Shown here piece after piece: positions 26,845-41,313 of a DNA stretch of 64,000 nt. How positions within the stretch are numbered: position 1 is the stretch's first letter; the number at the start of each line of letters is the position of its first letter. The translations under genes were made by a program, and so were the position numbers. Source of the DNA: Lama guanicoe (Eukaryota); NCBI GenBank assembly GCA_013239625.1, contig MU056050.1, positions 2,280,084-2,344,083 on the forward strand. The letters run 5' to 3'. The notes under the pieces were generated by a model. It saw only the letters and a program-made list of their open reading frames with translations. It was not told where the DNA came from and searched no databases.

Positions 26845-28148
26845 TAAACTCAAAATGGCTTAAAGACTTAAACATAAGACAAGACACTATAAACCTTTTA
26901 GAAGAAAACATTGGCAAAACATTCTCTGACATAAATCTCAGCAATGTTCTCCTAGGCCATCTATCCAGGCAACAGAAATAAAAATAAAAATAAATAAATG
27001 GGACCGAATCAAACTTACAAGCTTTTGCATAGCAAAGGAAACCATAAGCAAAACAAAATGACAACCTACAGAATGGGAGAAAATATTTGCAAATGATGTG
27101 ACTAAAAAAGTCTTAATTTCAAGCATATATAAACAGCTCATACAACTTAATAACAAAAAGTAAAAAAGCCAATGCAAAAATGGGTAGAAGATCTAAACAA
27201 GCAATTCTCCAAAGAAGACATACAAATGGCCAATAGGCACGTGAAAAAATGCTCAATATCGCTAATTATCAGAAAAGTGCAAATCAAAACTACAATGAGG
27301 TATCACTTCACACTGGTCAGAATGATCATGATTAAAAAGTCCACAAATGATAAATGCTGGAGAGGATGTCGAGAAAAGGGAACCCTCCTATACTGTTGGT
27401 GGGAATGTAGTTTGGTGCAGCCATTATGGAAAAGAGTATGGAGATTCCTCAAAAAACTAAAAATAGACTTATATGATCCAGCAATCTCACTCCTGGGCAT
27501 ATATCCAGAGGGAACTCTAACTTAAAAAGACACATGCACCCCAATGTTCACAGCAGCACTATTTACAATAGTCAAGACATCGAAACAGCCTAAATGTCCA
27601 TCTACAGATGACTGGATAAAGAAGTTGTGGGATATTTATACAATGGAATGCTACTCAGACATAAAAACCGACAACATAACGCCATTTGCAGCAACATGGA
27701 TGTTCCTGGAGATCATCATTCTAAGTGAAGTAAGCCAGAAAGAGAAAGAAAAATACCATATGATATCACTTTTATGTGGAATCTAANNNNNNNNNNNNNN
27801 NNAAAAAAAAAGGACAAACGAACTTATTTACAAAACAGAAACAGACTCACAGACATAGAAAACAAAGTTATGGTTACTGGGGTGGGGAGAGGGTGGGAAG
27901 GGATAAATTGGGAGTTCAAGATTTGCAGATACATACTACTATATATAAAATAGATAAACAACAAGTTTATACTGTATAGCACAAGGAACTATATTCAATA
28001 TCTTGTAGTAACTTATAGTGAAAAAATACGAAAACGAATATATGTGTTTATATATATGACTGAAGCATTATGCTGTACATCAGAAATTGGCACAACATTA
28101 TAAACTGACTATACTTCAATAAAAAATATATATATATACCCAAAAAAA
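26845..28148 (+). mobile_element. Lineage-specific 5'-truncated L1 containing an assembly gap
   Basis: ORF2 C-terminal peptides (27172..27786) and the same 3'UTR family as the other young copies. Confidence 0.92.
27787..27802. other. Assembly gap (16 N) inside an L1 A-run
   Basis: Run of n characters. Confidence 0.99.
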
Positions 28149-28839
28149 GCTTTAGGGTGGTCATCTATCACTGTTTAGTGTATATGCATGAATCCAGATG
28201 TATACATATTGAAGTCTATTAAAACTATTTGATTTTGAGAATAAAAGCTATGTAGAGGATTGGTAACTGAGAAAGAAAAATGGTCTTTTATGTGGTTTGT
28301 TCTCAGTCATGAAGGTGTAAAATATTATTTACTTTCTACACATTGTACCCAGATGGCAAAAGTTTGTTTGTTTTTCTTACCCTACCCAAATACAGTCACT
28401 CAAAAGGGTCTGTTAACTTTCTTGTTTTCATGCTGTAAAAGAGTATAATTAAACAGAATAATAATGGCTTCCACAGTTACAAAGTGGTCAAAATTAGTAA
28501 TCTTCTTTTTGTTACTTTCTCTTTTAGCTATTATAAAGTATTTTTCCCTCATTAATAGCACAGACAAGATTGTGGCCATTTCCTTTTGGGGGCATCTATG
28601 TTATTAGCTGGAAACTCTTGCTGTTGCTCTTCTCTGAGATGGGCCACAAATACAGAGATTCAAAGTAATAAAATCATCAAGGCTTTTTATATCCAAATTA
28701 CTGGCAGCACTTCCTAGATGACCACTAGGTAATACCAAAGGCCTGCTCCTCCACTTGGTAACCTATTGCAAAGTATTCACAACAAAGAAGATGCTAGAAA
28801 TAATTAGGTGTGTTCGATATGCTTTAAATTTTTCAGCCG

Positions 28840-29600
28840 TTAAATTTTTTTCTGCCCTTTTCTTTCTCCTCCCCTTCTGAGAGGTCAATTACACATTCGT
28901 TGGACTGCTTGATGTTCTCCTATGTCTCTCTTCATTTTTCTCTCTGTTCTTCAAAATGAGTTTCCGCCTTCTATTTATTGTTGAGCCCATCTAGTAAATT
29001 TCTTTCAGTTACTGTATTTTTCAGCTCTAGAATTTTTATTTGTTTTTTGTTGTAGTTTCCATATCTCTGTTGCAATGCTCTCACTCATTGATAACACATT
29101 TTCCTTTAATTCTTCCAAAATTTTCCTTTAATTCTTTGAACGCATTTACGATAAATGTTTTGAAGTCCTTGTCTGCTAAATCTGATATTTGGGCCCATTC
29201 AGAGTCAGTTTCTATTGACTGCTTTTTCCCCTATGCCTGGGTCTAACTTTTCTGTTTTTTTCAATGGCTAGCATTTTGGGTTGAAAATTAGACATTATAG
29301 AAAATATGTTGCACTGACTCTGGATTCTGATATAGTCTTAGGATTACTGACTTTTTATTCTAGTAGAGCGTTAACTTACCTGAACTGAAACTGCAAACTT
29401 TGTGTCCCTGTGGTATGCAGCAACTGATATATCTGCTTTATTCTTGTGGCTGTCCACTTAGATTTTTAGCCTGGCCCCCTGTGGAGTCTCCCATGTGCCG
29501 GTGTAATTTGACACAGCTAAGATTTTGGACAGAGATGAGGCTCAGCCTTTCTGTGGTTTCCTTGACTCCAAGGTTTCACACCTAATTACCAGCTGTCCTG
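28840..29600 (-). mobile_element. Ancient L1 ORF1/5' region fragment
   Basis: ttgaagtccttgtctgctaaatctgatatttgggccc; cagtttctattgactgcttttt motifs. Confidence 0.6.
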
Positions 29601-29724
29601 CTGGCCTTGAGCTCTGTATACTGGCATTTCAACTTTACCATTCATATTTTAGCCATTATATTCCTCAGGATAGACATTAGCATAATCAAGCTCATATGCA
29701 CTGTCAAAAATGTGACCTTTTTGG

Positions 29725-31780
29725 GACCAACAGCTTTATTGAAATATAATTCACATATCATATAATTCACATATATAAATTGTACTGTTCAATGATTTTT
29801 AGTATATATACAAAGTTCTACAATCATTACCATAATCAATTTTAGAATATTTCATCATCCCAAGAAGAAACCCCTATACCATTTATCTATAATCACCCTA
29901 CCCTCTAAGGCAACCACTAATCTACTTTTAATATCTTTACATTTGCCTATTCTGGATATTTTGTATAAATTGAATCTTATAGTATGTGGTCTTTCAAGAC
30001 TAGATTCTTTCATTTAGCATATTGTAGCTTCATTCCTTTTTATGGCCAAATAATATTCCATAGTATGGATATACCACATTTGGTTCATTCATTCATAAAT
30101 TGATGATGATCAACTCCACTTTTCGAATATTATGAATGATTCTGCCATGAACATTTGTACAGGTTTTTGAGTGAGGAATGTTTTCATTTCTCCTGGGTGT
30201 ATATCTAAGAGTAGAATTGGTATGTTCAACAGTAACTCTATGTTTAGCTATTTGAAGCACAGCCAGACTCTTTTCCAAAGTGGCTATACCATTTAACATT
30301 CTCACCAGCAGTATATGAGGGTTTTCATTTCTCAAAATTCTGGTTATCGTTTGTTATTGCCTGCCTTTTTTTTAATCATAGCCATCCTGCTAGGTGTGAA
30401 GTGGCATCTCATTGTGGTTTTGATTTGCATTTCCCTCATAGTTAATGATGTTTTGTGTGCTTATTGGCCATTTCTCTATTTTCTTTGGAGAAATCATTTC
30501 AGATCATTCACCTATTTTTTAGTTGGATTATGTCTTTTTTTAATTACTGAACTGTAAGATTTCTTTAGGTAGTTCAGATACAAATCCCTTATCAGATATA
30601 TGATTCACAAATATTTTCTTCCATTCTGTGGTTGTCTTTTCATTTTTTTTGATAGTATCCTTTGGAAGTACAAAAGTTTTTACTTTTGATCAAGTCCAAT
30701 TTATCTATTTTTTTTTCCTTTTTTGCTAATGCATGTGGTATCATATCTAAGAAACCACTGACAAATCCAAGTTCACAAAGATTTATTTCTATGTTTTCTT
30801 CTAAGAGTTTTATACTTTTATCTGTTACATTTAGGTCTTTGATCCATTTCAAATCAATTGTTGTATACTGGGCGAGGCAGGGGTCCAACTTCATTTTTTG
30901 CATGTTGATATTCAGTTGTCCCAGCACCATCTGTTGAAGAGACTATTTTTTCCTCGTTGAATTGTTTTGATATTCTTGTTGAAAATCAACTGACTATGAA
31001 TGTGAGGGTTTATTTCTGGATCCTCAATTCCATTCCATTTATCTATATGTTTATCCTTATGCCAGTGCCTCATTGTCTTGATTATTTTTGCACCATCGAC
31101 AGTTTTGAATCAGAATGTGTGAGGTCTCCAACTTTGTTGTTCTTTTTCAACATTGTTTTAGCTATCCTGGCTTCCTTGAACTTCCATATGAATTTTAGGA
31201 CCACTTTGTCAATTTCTACAAAGAAGCCAACTGGAATTCTAATAAGGATTGGGGTGAATCTATAGATTAATAGGGAAAGTACTGCTGTCTTAATGACAGT
31301 AAGTCTTCCACTCCATGAATATAGGACGTTTTTCTATTTATTTACACCTCGTTTAATTTCTTTCAATAATGTTTTATATTCTGAAGAATATAAAGCTTGT
31401 ATTTCTTTTGTTAACTTTATCCCTGCATATTTTAATCTTTTTGATGCTATTATAAGTCGAATTGTTTTCCTAATTTCATTTTCAGTTTGTTCATTGTTGT
31501 TGTATGGAAATACAATTGATTTTCACATATGAATTCTGAATCCTCCAACTTTGCTGAACTCGTTTAGCAGTTTTAATAGCTTTTAGTGGATTCCTTAGAA
31601 TTTTCTATATACTAAATCATGTCATCTGCAAACAGGTATAGTTTTACTCCTTCCTTTACACTTTTAAATGCCTTTAATTTCATTGGCTTGTCTATTTGCC
31701 CTGGCTAGAACTCCAGTAAAATGTTGACTAGAAGAGTAAGAGTAAACATTCTTGTCTTGTTCCTCACCTTAGGGGCAAAG
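29725..31780 (-). mobile_element. L1MB-like element (3' ~2 kb)
   Basis: cagctttattgaaatataattcacat end; ORF2 peptides on the minus strand (KMKLDPCLAQYTTIDLKWIKDLNV). Confidence 0.9.
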
Positions 31781-32809
31781 CTCAGTGGCTTATAACCTTC
31801 ATTTTTCGCTCATATTACATGTAAGCCATGGGCCGATGGAGGGTCTGTTGCAACCATGCTTGATTCTTTTTAGCTTTACTCCGTAGACATAGATGTCTTC
31901 TCATTCTGGGGCCCAGCCTGAGGCTTTACCTGGACTATACTATTCTCTTAGCAGAGGGTAAAAACAAGAGGCTTTGTTAAACCAAATAATCACCTTAAAC
32001 CTCTACTTGGATGTGGCATATGTCATATCCACTCACACTCTGTTGTCAAAGCATGTCAGTCAAACTGAAAGTCAAATCTGTACTCCTTCTACAAGAGGCA
32101 TGGCAAGTCATCTGGCAATGGGTAAGGATATATAATCCTCTTACAGGAAAGGTGGGGGGTAAATAACTGTGAACAATATCATCTACCCTATTGACTCTAT
32201 GTCTAATGTCCATTATCTCTAAGAATTACAGAAAATGATTAACTAAGCAATACATTCAATTACTATCTTGACACAAAAATACAATGTGGTCAGCTAGTTT
32301 TTGTGAGCAAGACCATTCTTTAGAAATTGTGCAAGGTCACAGAGAAGATTATATAGGCAAAGTTATCTAAAACTTCAAAATAAGAAAAAATGATGATTAT
32401 ATGACTTTCCAAGTACCATGGCAGCATATTTTCTTATAAGCCTTTCGGTCACCTGATTCTCTCAAGGTCTGTAACTTTACCTATCCACAACTGATTAGAG
32501 TCCAGAGAATTTCAGTCTTGTAAAGTTAGAAGTTAATTTGCAGAAAACTACTAAGAAGTGATTCACTTTTTGGAGGGTGCTTGATTCAGTGAATAACCTC
32601 AAATTTTTCAGTTTATAGTACTATAAACCATTAACCAATTTTGAATCTAATGTAGTCATTTTATTTTGGCATTCTTTTCCCAACTGGCTAGATAAATCCC
32701 TGTTTTTCAAATGTTCTCTGAACAAGCATTTTTGTCTATCTGCTGATTCCTTCATTACTTGTCTGGAATAAAACACTGCTGTGTGCTAACTAACAGATTA
32801 CTTTGTCTA

Positions 32810-33135
32810 AGACTTGTGCTTTTATAGACATCACCTACTCCAAGCAATTTCCCCTGAACCCTTCTCCCTCCAACCTCTCACCTATCACCTGTGCTCTCAC
32901 GGCACCTGTACTTTTCCTGTCAAAGCACTATTCACATTGCATAGGAATTGCCTATTGATTCATCTTCCTCCCTTATCAGACTGTGAGCACCTTGGCATAG
33001 ACCTTGCCTTGCTTGGATCCCCAGGACCAAGAACAGTGTCTCCCACATCCTACATAGTCAATCAACATTTATGGAATGAATGTTGCTCTGTGATTGCAGC
33101 AAGTTGATGACAAATAATTAAAATAAATGAATGAA
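32810..33135 (+). mobile_element. L2 3' fragment
   Basis: agactgtgagcacctt...agaacagtgtct...caatcaacatttatggaatgaatg. Confidence 0.65.
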
Positions 33136-36100
33136 GCAAGAAAATTTGGTCTTTAGAATTCAGGGGGAGATATCACAATAGCCATAATAGCCATGGAAGA
33201 AAATTAAGGTGAGAAAACATAGCTCGTCTTCACTTTCAGAAAGGCCAATATGTAAAATTCAAGTTTAGGATACAAAGTACACATCCATTTTCCTAACGCT
33301 TCTTTGTTTCGTTAAATAATTCACTAGCGTTTCTTGAAACAATAGGATCTCCTCCTGTGTTTAAGTGCTTCTTAATAACTATCTGACTGGGTTTGTTTTA
33401 GAATCTGTTGACAAATGAAGATCAGAAGTGAAAATATGAATCAATGGGAAAACTATTTGATTTATGCAAGTGTGTGCTCTAAAGCACTTTATAGAAACAG
33501 ATTTATTGTGTAAAGTGAACCAGGAATACCCAGGAGTGCCTGGATAATGAACAAGTTTAGCTTACAGGCCAACAGCTCTCTATCTCTAAAGGCCTTAGGA
33601 TAAATTAAAAAAGAGGGGGTGGGAGAAATGAATGATGTTTCTATGCTTCATTTTAATACCTTTAATACTTGCCATCTTACTTCACTTTCTCCCTGATGAA
33701 ACCCTTCCTCCCCCTCTAAAACAAAGTGTCCTCCCATCCTTCCTCAAAAAAGGACATATTGTTAATAATGCTAACATTTAACTAAGCCACATGAATCAGA
33801 ATTTTAATGGAAATGCATCACTTTAACTTTAGCATGTGTCTCAGTTAAGCCATTGAGTGTGTTCTCCAAATGTGGACGTTTTGTTAACTAAACGGTGGTG
33901 TTAAAATGTTCTAAGGAGGCTTTCTGACTAAACATAAAAGCAAATCACTTATTTCATACCTCAGCAACTTAATGCTTTGCCAAGGCAGAGAATGCATGTT
34001 GGACATATATTTCTTACTTTGAAAAAGAGTTTAAGCTCTATTTAGACTAGTAAGCACTCAGAATTTCCCTGGACATATCCCGCAGGGAACAGTGAGATGT
34101 GGCTCCTGAAACATGCCTAATGATTTCATCTTTCAACATACTAGCTCTAAAGAGATTAGGAGTAAGACTGCCTGAAAGGTCTCTCTGGCTGATATCTTCT
34201 ATTACCCATAATGTTCTTTCTTTAAAGGTTAGCCCATTCTTGTTCCTGGGATGTTACACATCTACATTTTGTGTCTGCCAACAGAATTGAACAATTAAAG
34301 AGTCCCTGTGAAATTGTGCCATGTAAATTGCCTCAATGAGTGTTATTTTAATTACAAAGAGAAGAAGATGTGTTTGGAAAATTTTGAACTCCAATGTTTT
34401 TTTAAAAGTTGCTCTAAACTAATATCCTTCCCAAAATAATGGCCACCTCCACCAAAGTAAAAATAACCAGAAAGCAAATTTTCTTTAGCTATCTCATCTT
34501 CTGTCAAAAATAATTATATCAGCCTTGAAAAGAAAAACCTTCTCTGCTATTTGTCAAGAGTTATAGAAAAGGAGTAGCACCCATTGTTGTATATATTATG
34601 TAATATTGGGTTGTGCTCCAAAATTTATTTGTAAGTCAGCTGTTTGAAACTCAGAACATATTTTACCATAAGAACAAAGGGTAGTTAGGGTCCCAGACCA
34701 GCTCACAAAAGCCTACAGATTGTAAATCCACCTCAACCATGGAGCTACTGCTATCAGTCTAAGGAGAGAAGAGAGGAAGGCTCTCCTTTTCCCTTCCTGT
34801 TGCAGAGCAATTTAAAGAAAACTTTCCCAAAAGGCCAAGTTTCTGTATAGTACCCTCTGTTCTCTTAGTAACCGTCTCCCAATGTCTTTAACCTCTCTTG
34901 AACACCTCAAGGCTAACACAAGCTGTAGTTTCACATTTGTTGAGGGAGAGGACAGCAGGCTGAGCAACAGGTATTAGGGACTCAGCCATGACATCTTATA
35001 TATGAGATATGGATACCAACTCTAGACTAACTGGGATACAGAGAAAGGACTCTATTCATGGATATGGGGCACATAGGTGGGGTTAGCCATAAGGGGCAAG
35101 AGAAAACTCGTGTTACCAAAACCTGCGCTTAGGGTTGAAGCAGAACCAGCAGTAAAGCTAATGTCTGAGCTGCTGAAACACTTGTCCAGCTCTTTTCATA
35201 CCCCTCTAGCCCAAGGATAGGATTGGGCCCAGAGGACCTTAATGGTCCAAGTGAGATGGACTGAAGAACAATGAGGGCAGGGAGTCAAGCAGGTGATAAT
35301 GATCTGTTTATCTGACTTAAAAGTTTTTATTCATTTGGAGGAAATTACAAATAAGTGAAATATTTATTTTGTACCCACACTGTGCCATGCACTATGTTAG
35401 GGGCTGGTATTAAATAGACCCTACACTCATGGAGCTTATATTCTAGATCAGTGATGAAGAGTTCACAGGAACAAAACAAATCCTCAATGAAGAGGCAAAA
35501 GAGGGAAAAGCACAATTGCTCCAAACCCTCTACCACCTAGACCTCCAAGCCAGCTACCTTATGTTTTGCAGGTGAGTGAAATGTAAAGTATGACCAAGTC
35601 AATTATTTCAAGAGTCAAACAGTTAAATATCAACTGTGACATATTCTCACAATGAAACTGGAGGAAGCAAGCAAATACAAAACCCAGAAGCTTAACTTGA
35701 CAAATCAGCCCAAGGTAAAACCACCAAGTGGGTCGGGTCCTTTTTGGCAAATTGCCCATCTCTCCTTTCAGCTTCAAGCAGCTATCCGAGCTGCCCATTG
35801 TGGCATTCTCCCAAGATCAGGCCATGTCCCTTTCTCTGATTTTCCCTAGGTAAAACTTCTCAGTGCTTTCCTAGCGAATATGGGAGCATGAAGCAGTATA
35901 ACCAGAAATCATTTGTGCTTCAGTGCTAGTGAATTGATTGCCCTCTCCCGTAATGCCTTAGCTTAATGAATATGCACATCTCCAGAAGTGCTTGTAAGGT
36001 GCTTAACTATGATTATTTCACACACCACAGCTACCCAGTAGGGAAGATATTTTGGAACCAGGGCCTTTCAGTGTCCACGTAAACTACACCTATAGACCAC

Positions 36101-36329
36101 TACCTCCCTCACCTATATATGAACATAACAGGTCTAGAACCAAAAATCTCTGGAAAGTTGATATCCCAAGGAGTTCTCCGTCCTCTGATTTAAAAAAACA
36201 AACATTTATAGAGCCATATATAAATATGGCCAGACGCCATTGTACAAATATCTCATTTAATCCTTAGGACTACATTATGAAATGATTGTCATGATTAGCC
36301 TCACTTTACGAATGAGGAAAAAGAGACAG

Positions 36330-37380
36330 AACCCATCTAAAAGAAGGCAGGAAAAAAGGGGAAAAGGAAGAGACAACAGGACAAATAGAAAACAAATAGC
36401 AAGATGTCAGATTTAAACTTAACCACTCAATAATGGCATTAAATGTATTGTCTAAACACCCCAATTAAAAGGCAGAGGTTGTCAAATTGGATTAAAATGC
36501 AGGAAAACTCATTTTCAATATAAAGGAAAAAGTTGAAAAAATATACTATGCAAATATAATCAAAAGAAAGCTTGAGAAACTATGTTAATATTAAACTAGA
36601 TTTTAGAATGAGCACTATTACCAAGGGTAAAGAAAAATATTTCCTTTTGATAAAGGGGTCAATTCACCAAGAATATATAATCCTAAATGTGCAGGCATCT
36701 AATCACAAAGCTTCAAAATACATGAAGCAAAAACTGACACAACTAAAAGAAGAAATAGAACAAACCCACAGTTATATTTGTAAATTTTTAAACACCTCTC
36801 TCAGTAATTGGCAGACCAAGCAGAGAGAAAATCAGCAAGGATACAGAAGATCTGGAACACCACCAACAAACTTGACCTAATTGGCTTTTATGGAACACTG
36901 CATCCAACAAAAACAGAATACACATTCTTTTCAAGTGCATATGGAATATTCGCCATGGTAGACCAGCTGCTGTGCCATAAAACAAGTTTCAGTAAATTTA
37001 AGAGGATTTAAATAATTCAAAGTAAGTTCTTTGACCACAACAGAACAAAACTGGATTATCAGTAACAGAAGGATATCTGGAAAATCTGCAAATATTTGGA
37101 AACTAAGCAACATACTTCTAAACACATGGGTCAAAGAATAAATCACAGAGGAAGTTGGAAAATGTTTTGAGCTGAGTAGAAATGAAAACACCACACGTTA
37201 AATATGAAAACAAATATATGTATGTATATGCATGACTGGGACACTGTGCTGTACACCAGAAATTGGCACAGTGTAATTGACTGTACTTCAATAAAATAAA
37301 GAAAAAGAAAACACCACACACGTTAAATTTGTGAGATGCAGCTACAGCAGTGGTTAGAGAAACTTACAGCATTGAATTAT
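36330..37380 (+). mobile_element. Old L1 fragment covering the ORF2 endonuclease region
   Basis: Peptides IKGSIHQEYIILNV, KASKYMKQKLTQLKEEI, LHPTKTEYTFFSSAYG. Confidence 0.88.
37204..37306 (+). mobile_element. ~100-nt L1 3'-end insertion nested in the older L1
   Basis: L1 terminus (gtgctgtacaccagaaattggcaca...cttcaataaaa); TSD gaaaacaccacac(ac)gttaaat on both sides. Confidence 0.85.
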
Positions 37381-40300
37381 TAAATATTTATGCAGCCTCC
37401 CACTCACCAACATAAGGATATTCATGCAAAGAAAAGTAAGGAATGAAGGACAAAACCCAGCCCTGAATGCAACTCCAATCATAGAAAAGTGAACCACTGC
37501 AGGTAAGAATTAAAGGAGAAGGTATAAGTGGTATCAAAACTAGTTCCAAACCCCAAACTACTTACCTTGGTAGTAGATGCCTCCTGCTAATTCAGGTCTA
37601 GGAGGTTAGGTGCAGGAAGGTCAGTGAAGGCAGGCTGGAGAAGGCGGGGGGTCAGAGTGAACCAGAGCAGCACGTTGCTAGCAGAGTTGATGAACTCTGA
37701 TCCCAAGACAGAGGCTTGATTTTAAAATGTTTCTTGCTAAGGATGGTTTTTCCCTGGGGCCTAATACGCTTATCCCCCTATAAATAAGAAGCCTCTGGAT
37801 GGGTTCTGCCCCTAACTGGGGTAAGAATAGAGATGGCAGGATTGCAGGCTTATTAAACTCTGTTAATTCCCAAATATGGTCCTTACATTAGAATCACCTG
37901 AGGAACTGTTTTTAAAACTTCTCCAGGCCTGCAGCCCCAGAGAATCTGACTCAGTATATCTGGAGTGAAGGGCCTAATACGTTCAGTTAATTCTGATTCT
38001 GACGATTCCTAGTTTGCATACTGGTATAAGTATTAACAGTAATAATAATTGCTAACAATTACTGAGTACCTGCCATGTGCTAGGTCCTATTTACACACTT
38101 TACATATATTGTTAGATTTAATTCATGAGCAAAAGGGCATTGTGAAGACCAGGTGAGGAAGTACAAGTGGAGCTTATCTCCACTCAGGAAACAAAGAAAA
38201 TCATCTTGACATAGAGGCAATAACTTTTCCATGACCTGTAAAGACATGAAAAATGTGATTAACACTGACTAAGGCAATAAAAAGATTGGTGATATCAGGC
38301 TTAGTCATGAAAAAAGACCAAAAAAGGAAAAAGTTTAGAGGCAGCGTGGACCTGTATACAAAGAGGTATGACCCAAACTTGGGCCAGTATAAAAACAGAT
38401 TGACTTCAAGGATTCTGTACTATACCAGAATTCCTCATCTGTTCAACATTCTGCCTCCTCCAGTGCCAACTCAGGGTTAAACCAGATCCAAAAAGACCTA
38501 CGCCTTCTAGGTTTGAGTAGAAATAGAATGGCTTCCTGCACATCTAAATCCTTCATGAAGTCTTCCCAAATCACAGTCTGAGGTCATTCTTACCCTGAGT
38601 ACTCACCATCATCTTAAAGTGTAACTGCCCCCGGTTGGCATGTGGTATGAATACCTTACTCATTTTACGTTTCATTTCCTGCTTGCATCTTGTAAGCATG
38701 ATCTTTTGTCTGTATTATTGACGTCTTGGGTCAATTATCCTGGAAAGCACAAAAGGTGCCTGCATAACAGTACCTAGCAGTGGTATATCTAATTATCATT
38801 CATATTCTTTGATAATGATATATATAACCCTAGGAGATAAGTACCACCACATACTGCATTGAAATAAGGATCATGAAAGCCTTGAATATAGTACAATAAT
38901 ATCATAACATCATTCAGGTTAAAATTCTGTGACGGTGGGGTAACAGCTCTTTAACAGTCTGATACTCAAATCCAAGGACATCTAGCAGTCATCTGACAAA
39001 AACCAGAGGTCACCTAAGCTAGAGCTTAAGTACCAGGTCATTTTCTAGCTCCTATTGTTGAAAGGAAAGCAATTTCTGAAATGCAATACTGCATTTTGCA
39101 AGTTTAAGTGCCCTGTGCTCAATCAAAATCTTCTCCTTTCCTTCTTCCTCCATTAACACCTCCATTTAACAACACATCAAAGGAATTAAGCTTTGTCAGC
39201 CTGGCCTATGTAGAAATGGTCATTACAGCTTAAAACAGAACCTAAGTGTCAGAAACAAAAAGCAGTTCTTCTTACATTAATGTATATCTTCTCAGGTTGC
39301 CACACTTCCTTTGGTCACTATTTCCAATATTCCTCCTATTGTTATTCTTAGTTATATCAATTTGCATTTATAAATACAACAAAAACTGTATTCAATCAGC
39401 ATGAATTAGCATATTTTAAAGAGCTCCTCCTTTTATTCTCAACTCTAGACCCAATAAAATCTTTGGCCCTGACAGTATCTCTAGAAATGTTATTTAAAAT
39501 TTCAATTAAAAACTTAAACATTTAAACCTGCTTCTTATAAGTGATAAGATAGAATGCTAAATGTCTGTAATATTATAAGCTTCATTCTACCTAAGAGGTA
39601 GCCTTTAGAGATCAGTGCCCATAAAAGTGGGGAAAAAAAAGTCAAACGTCAGGCATAGTTTTTAATGAGATCTTATGTTACTTGGATCACGGGAACCAAT
39701 GGTTGCATGAGTTTTCTGATCTTTACAAACATGCTTATAAAAAGTAAGGCCATCATAAATCCCAGTTTAGGAACTCGGTCCCAATATTTAAAAATGTTTT
39801 CCTGGATTGAACCAAATCATGAGACCTGGGTGCCTGGACCACATATTTTGGTGTCATTTAGAAATATCCCTAACTTGAATGACCTGAGGTGTTGGCCATC
39901 AGCTAACATTCAGGGCCATTACAAGATATATCCCTCTGTTTTATTTACTGAAAAGACAGGGCTACTTCTTTATGAGAATGCTAAGTTTCTTTAGGATTCA
40001 CTGCCAGAAAATGTTATTCTCCACCATGACTGGCTTTTTCTTTGATGGACACTGCAATTTCCAATAACTGACCACATTACCTTCTCTGTGTGGCCAGCCA
40101 GGTTTTTCAGAACCAATTCATGACCCAGGTGTACACAACATTTTGAGGGTAGTGACCTCATTTGGGGTACTAGTTTCACCCAGAAATCAAATTTTCTCAT
40201 TTTCTCTTAAAATACTGTAATTTTTTCATAAATCTGTTTTGAACATGGTAGGGTAGAAATAAAACAATTACATAATTGTTGGGAAAAAAGTAAGCCTACT

Positions 40301-41134
40301 AGGATTTCCACCCATACTTGGCTAAAGTGCTTTCTTGAAACAGAAAATGGCCCTATACCATAGACCAGTGACTTTCCAACACTAAATTGCAAATTACTTG
40401 TAGATAATTTGACAAGCCAGAGCAAGATGCTTTAACTTTTTTTTGCCCCTACCATTTAAGACAAGACAGATGAACAACAGTCTTCCAACTTATCACCAGC
40501 TTGAGAGAGACAGGTTCAGGATTAATTATAAAGGTTTTGGAGTTCTTTAGAACAAGGCCCAGAAAAACAAACTTGTCACCTTAGATTCATCTTTTAGAGA
40601 ATCATGTGAAAGCTACAGACCCAGGAAAATGCACATCACAAATTTGCATTCAATTTCTGGGGGTTCCATTGAAATCCCTCAAGTCCATTTATGAGCCTAA
40701 GGAACTCCTTTCTAGAAAAATGGCAAGCTTAGACACCAACCACTACAGCTCAGACCCTAGGTCCTGAGAAATCCTGCATATTATATGACTTTCATGTAAA
40801 AGGTTCATGGACAGATAGTGGATTAGGGCTCCTGTTCACATTAGCTAGTAAAATATTCATACTGTGGTAACCATCTCTAAATATCCTGCTTTGCACATCT
40901 TCACTCCACATTTTCACCCCATAAGGAGTAAGTCTCACATCACCCAACCTCCTACCTGAGTTTATCTTCCCTCAGAGGACCTACCTCTACCTAACATTAA
41001 ATACTTGCTACTTGCCTCCATCAACTAGAGCGGAAGTTCCATGACAGCAGAAACTTTGTTATGCTCAAGGCTGTACCTCTGGTGCACAAGAGGCACTCAA
41101 ATATTTTTTGAATAAATCTTCTATAGTCTCTATA

Positions 41135-41313
41135 GCAAGTTTTTGTAAATAAAATTTTACTGAAATTCGGTCATGCTCATTCATTCATATATCACCTATG
41201 GCTGCTTTCACACTATAATGGTAGAACTGAGGAGTTCCAACAGGTTCCATATAAATCTGCAAACTCTCAACTGTTTACTCTCTGACTCTTTATAGAAAAA
41301 GTTTGCTGACCCT
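41135..41313. mobile_element. MER58-like hAT MITE
   Basis: ttttgtaaataaaattttactg...ctatggctgctttcac...tatagaaaaagtttgctgaccc. Confidence 0.75.
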
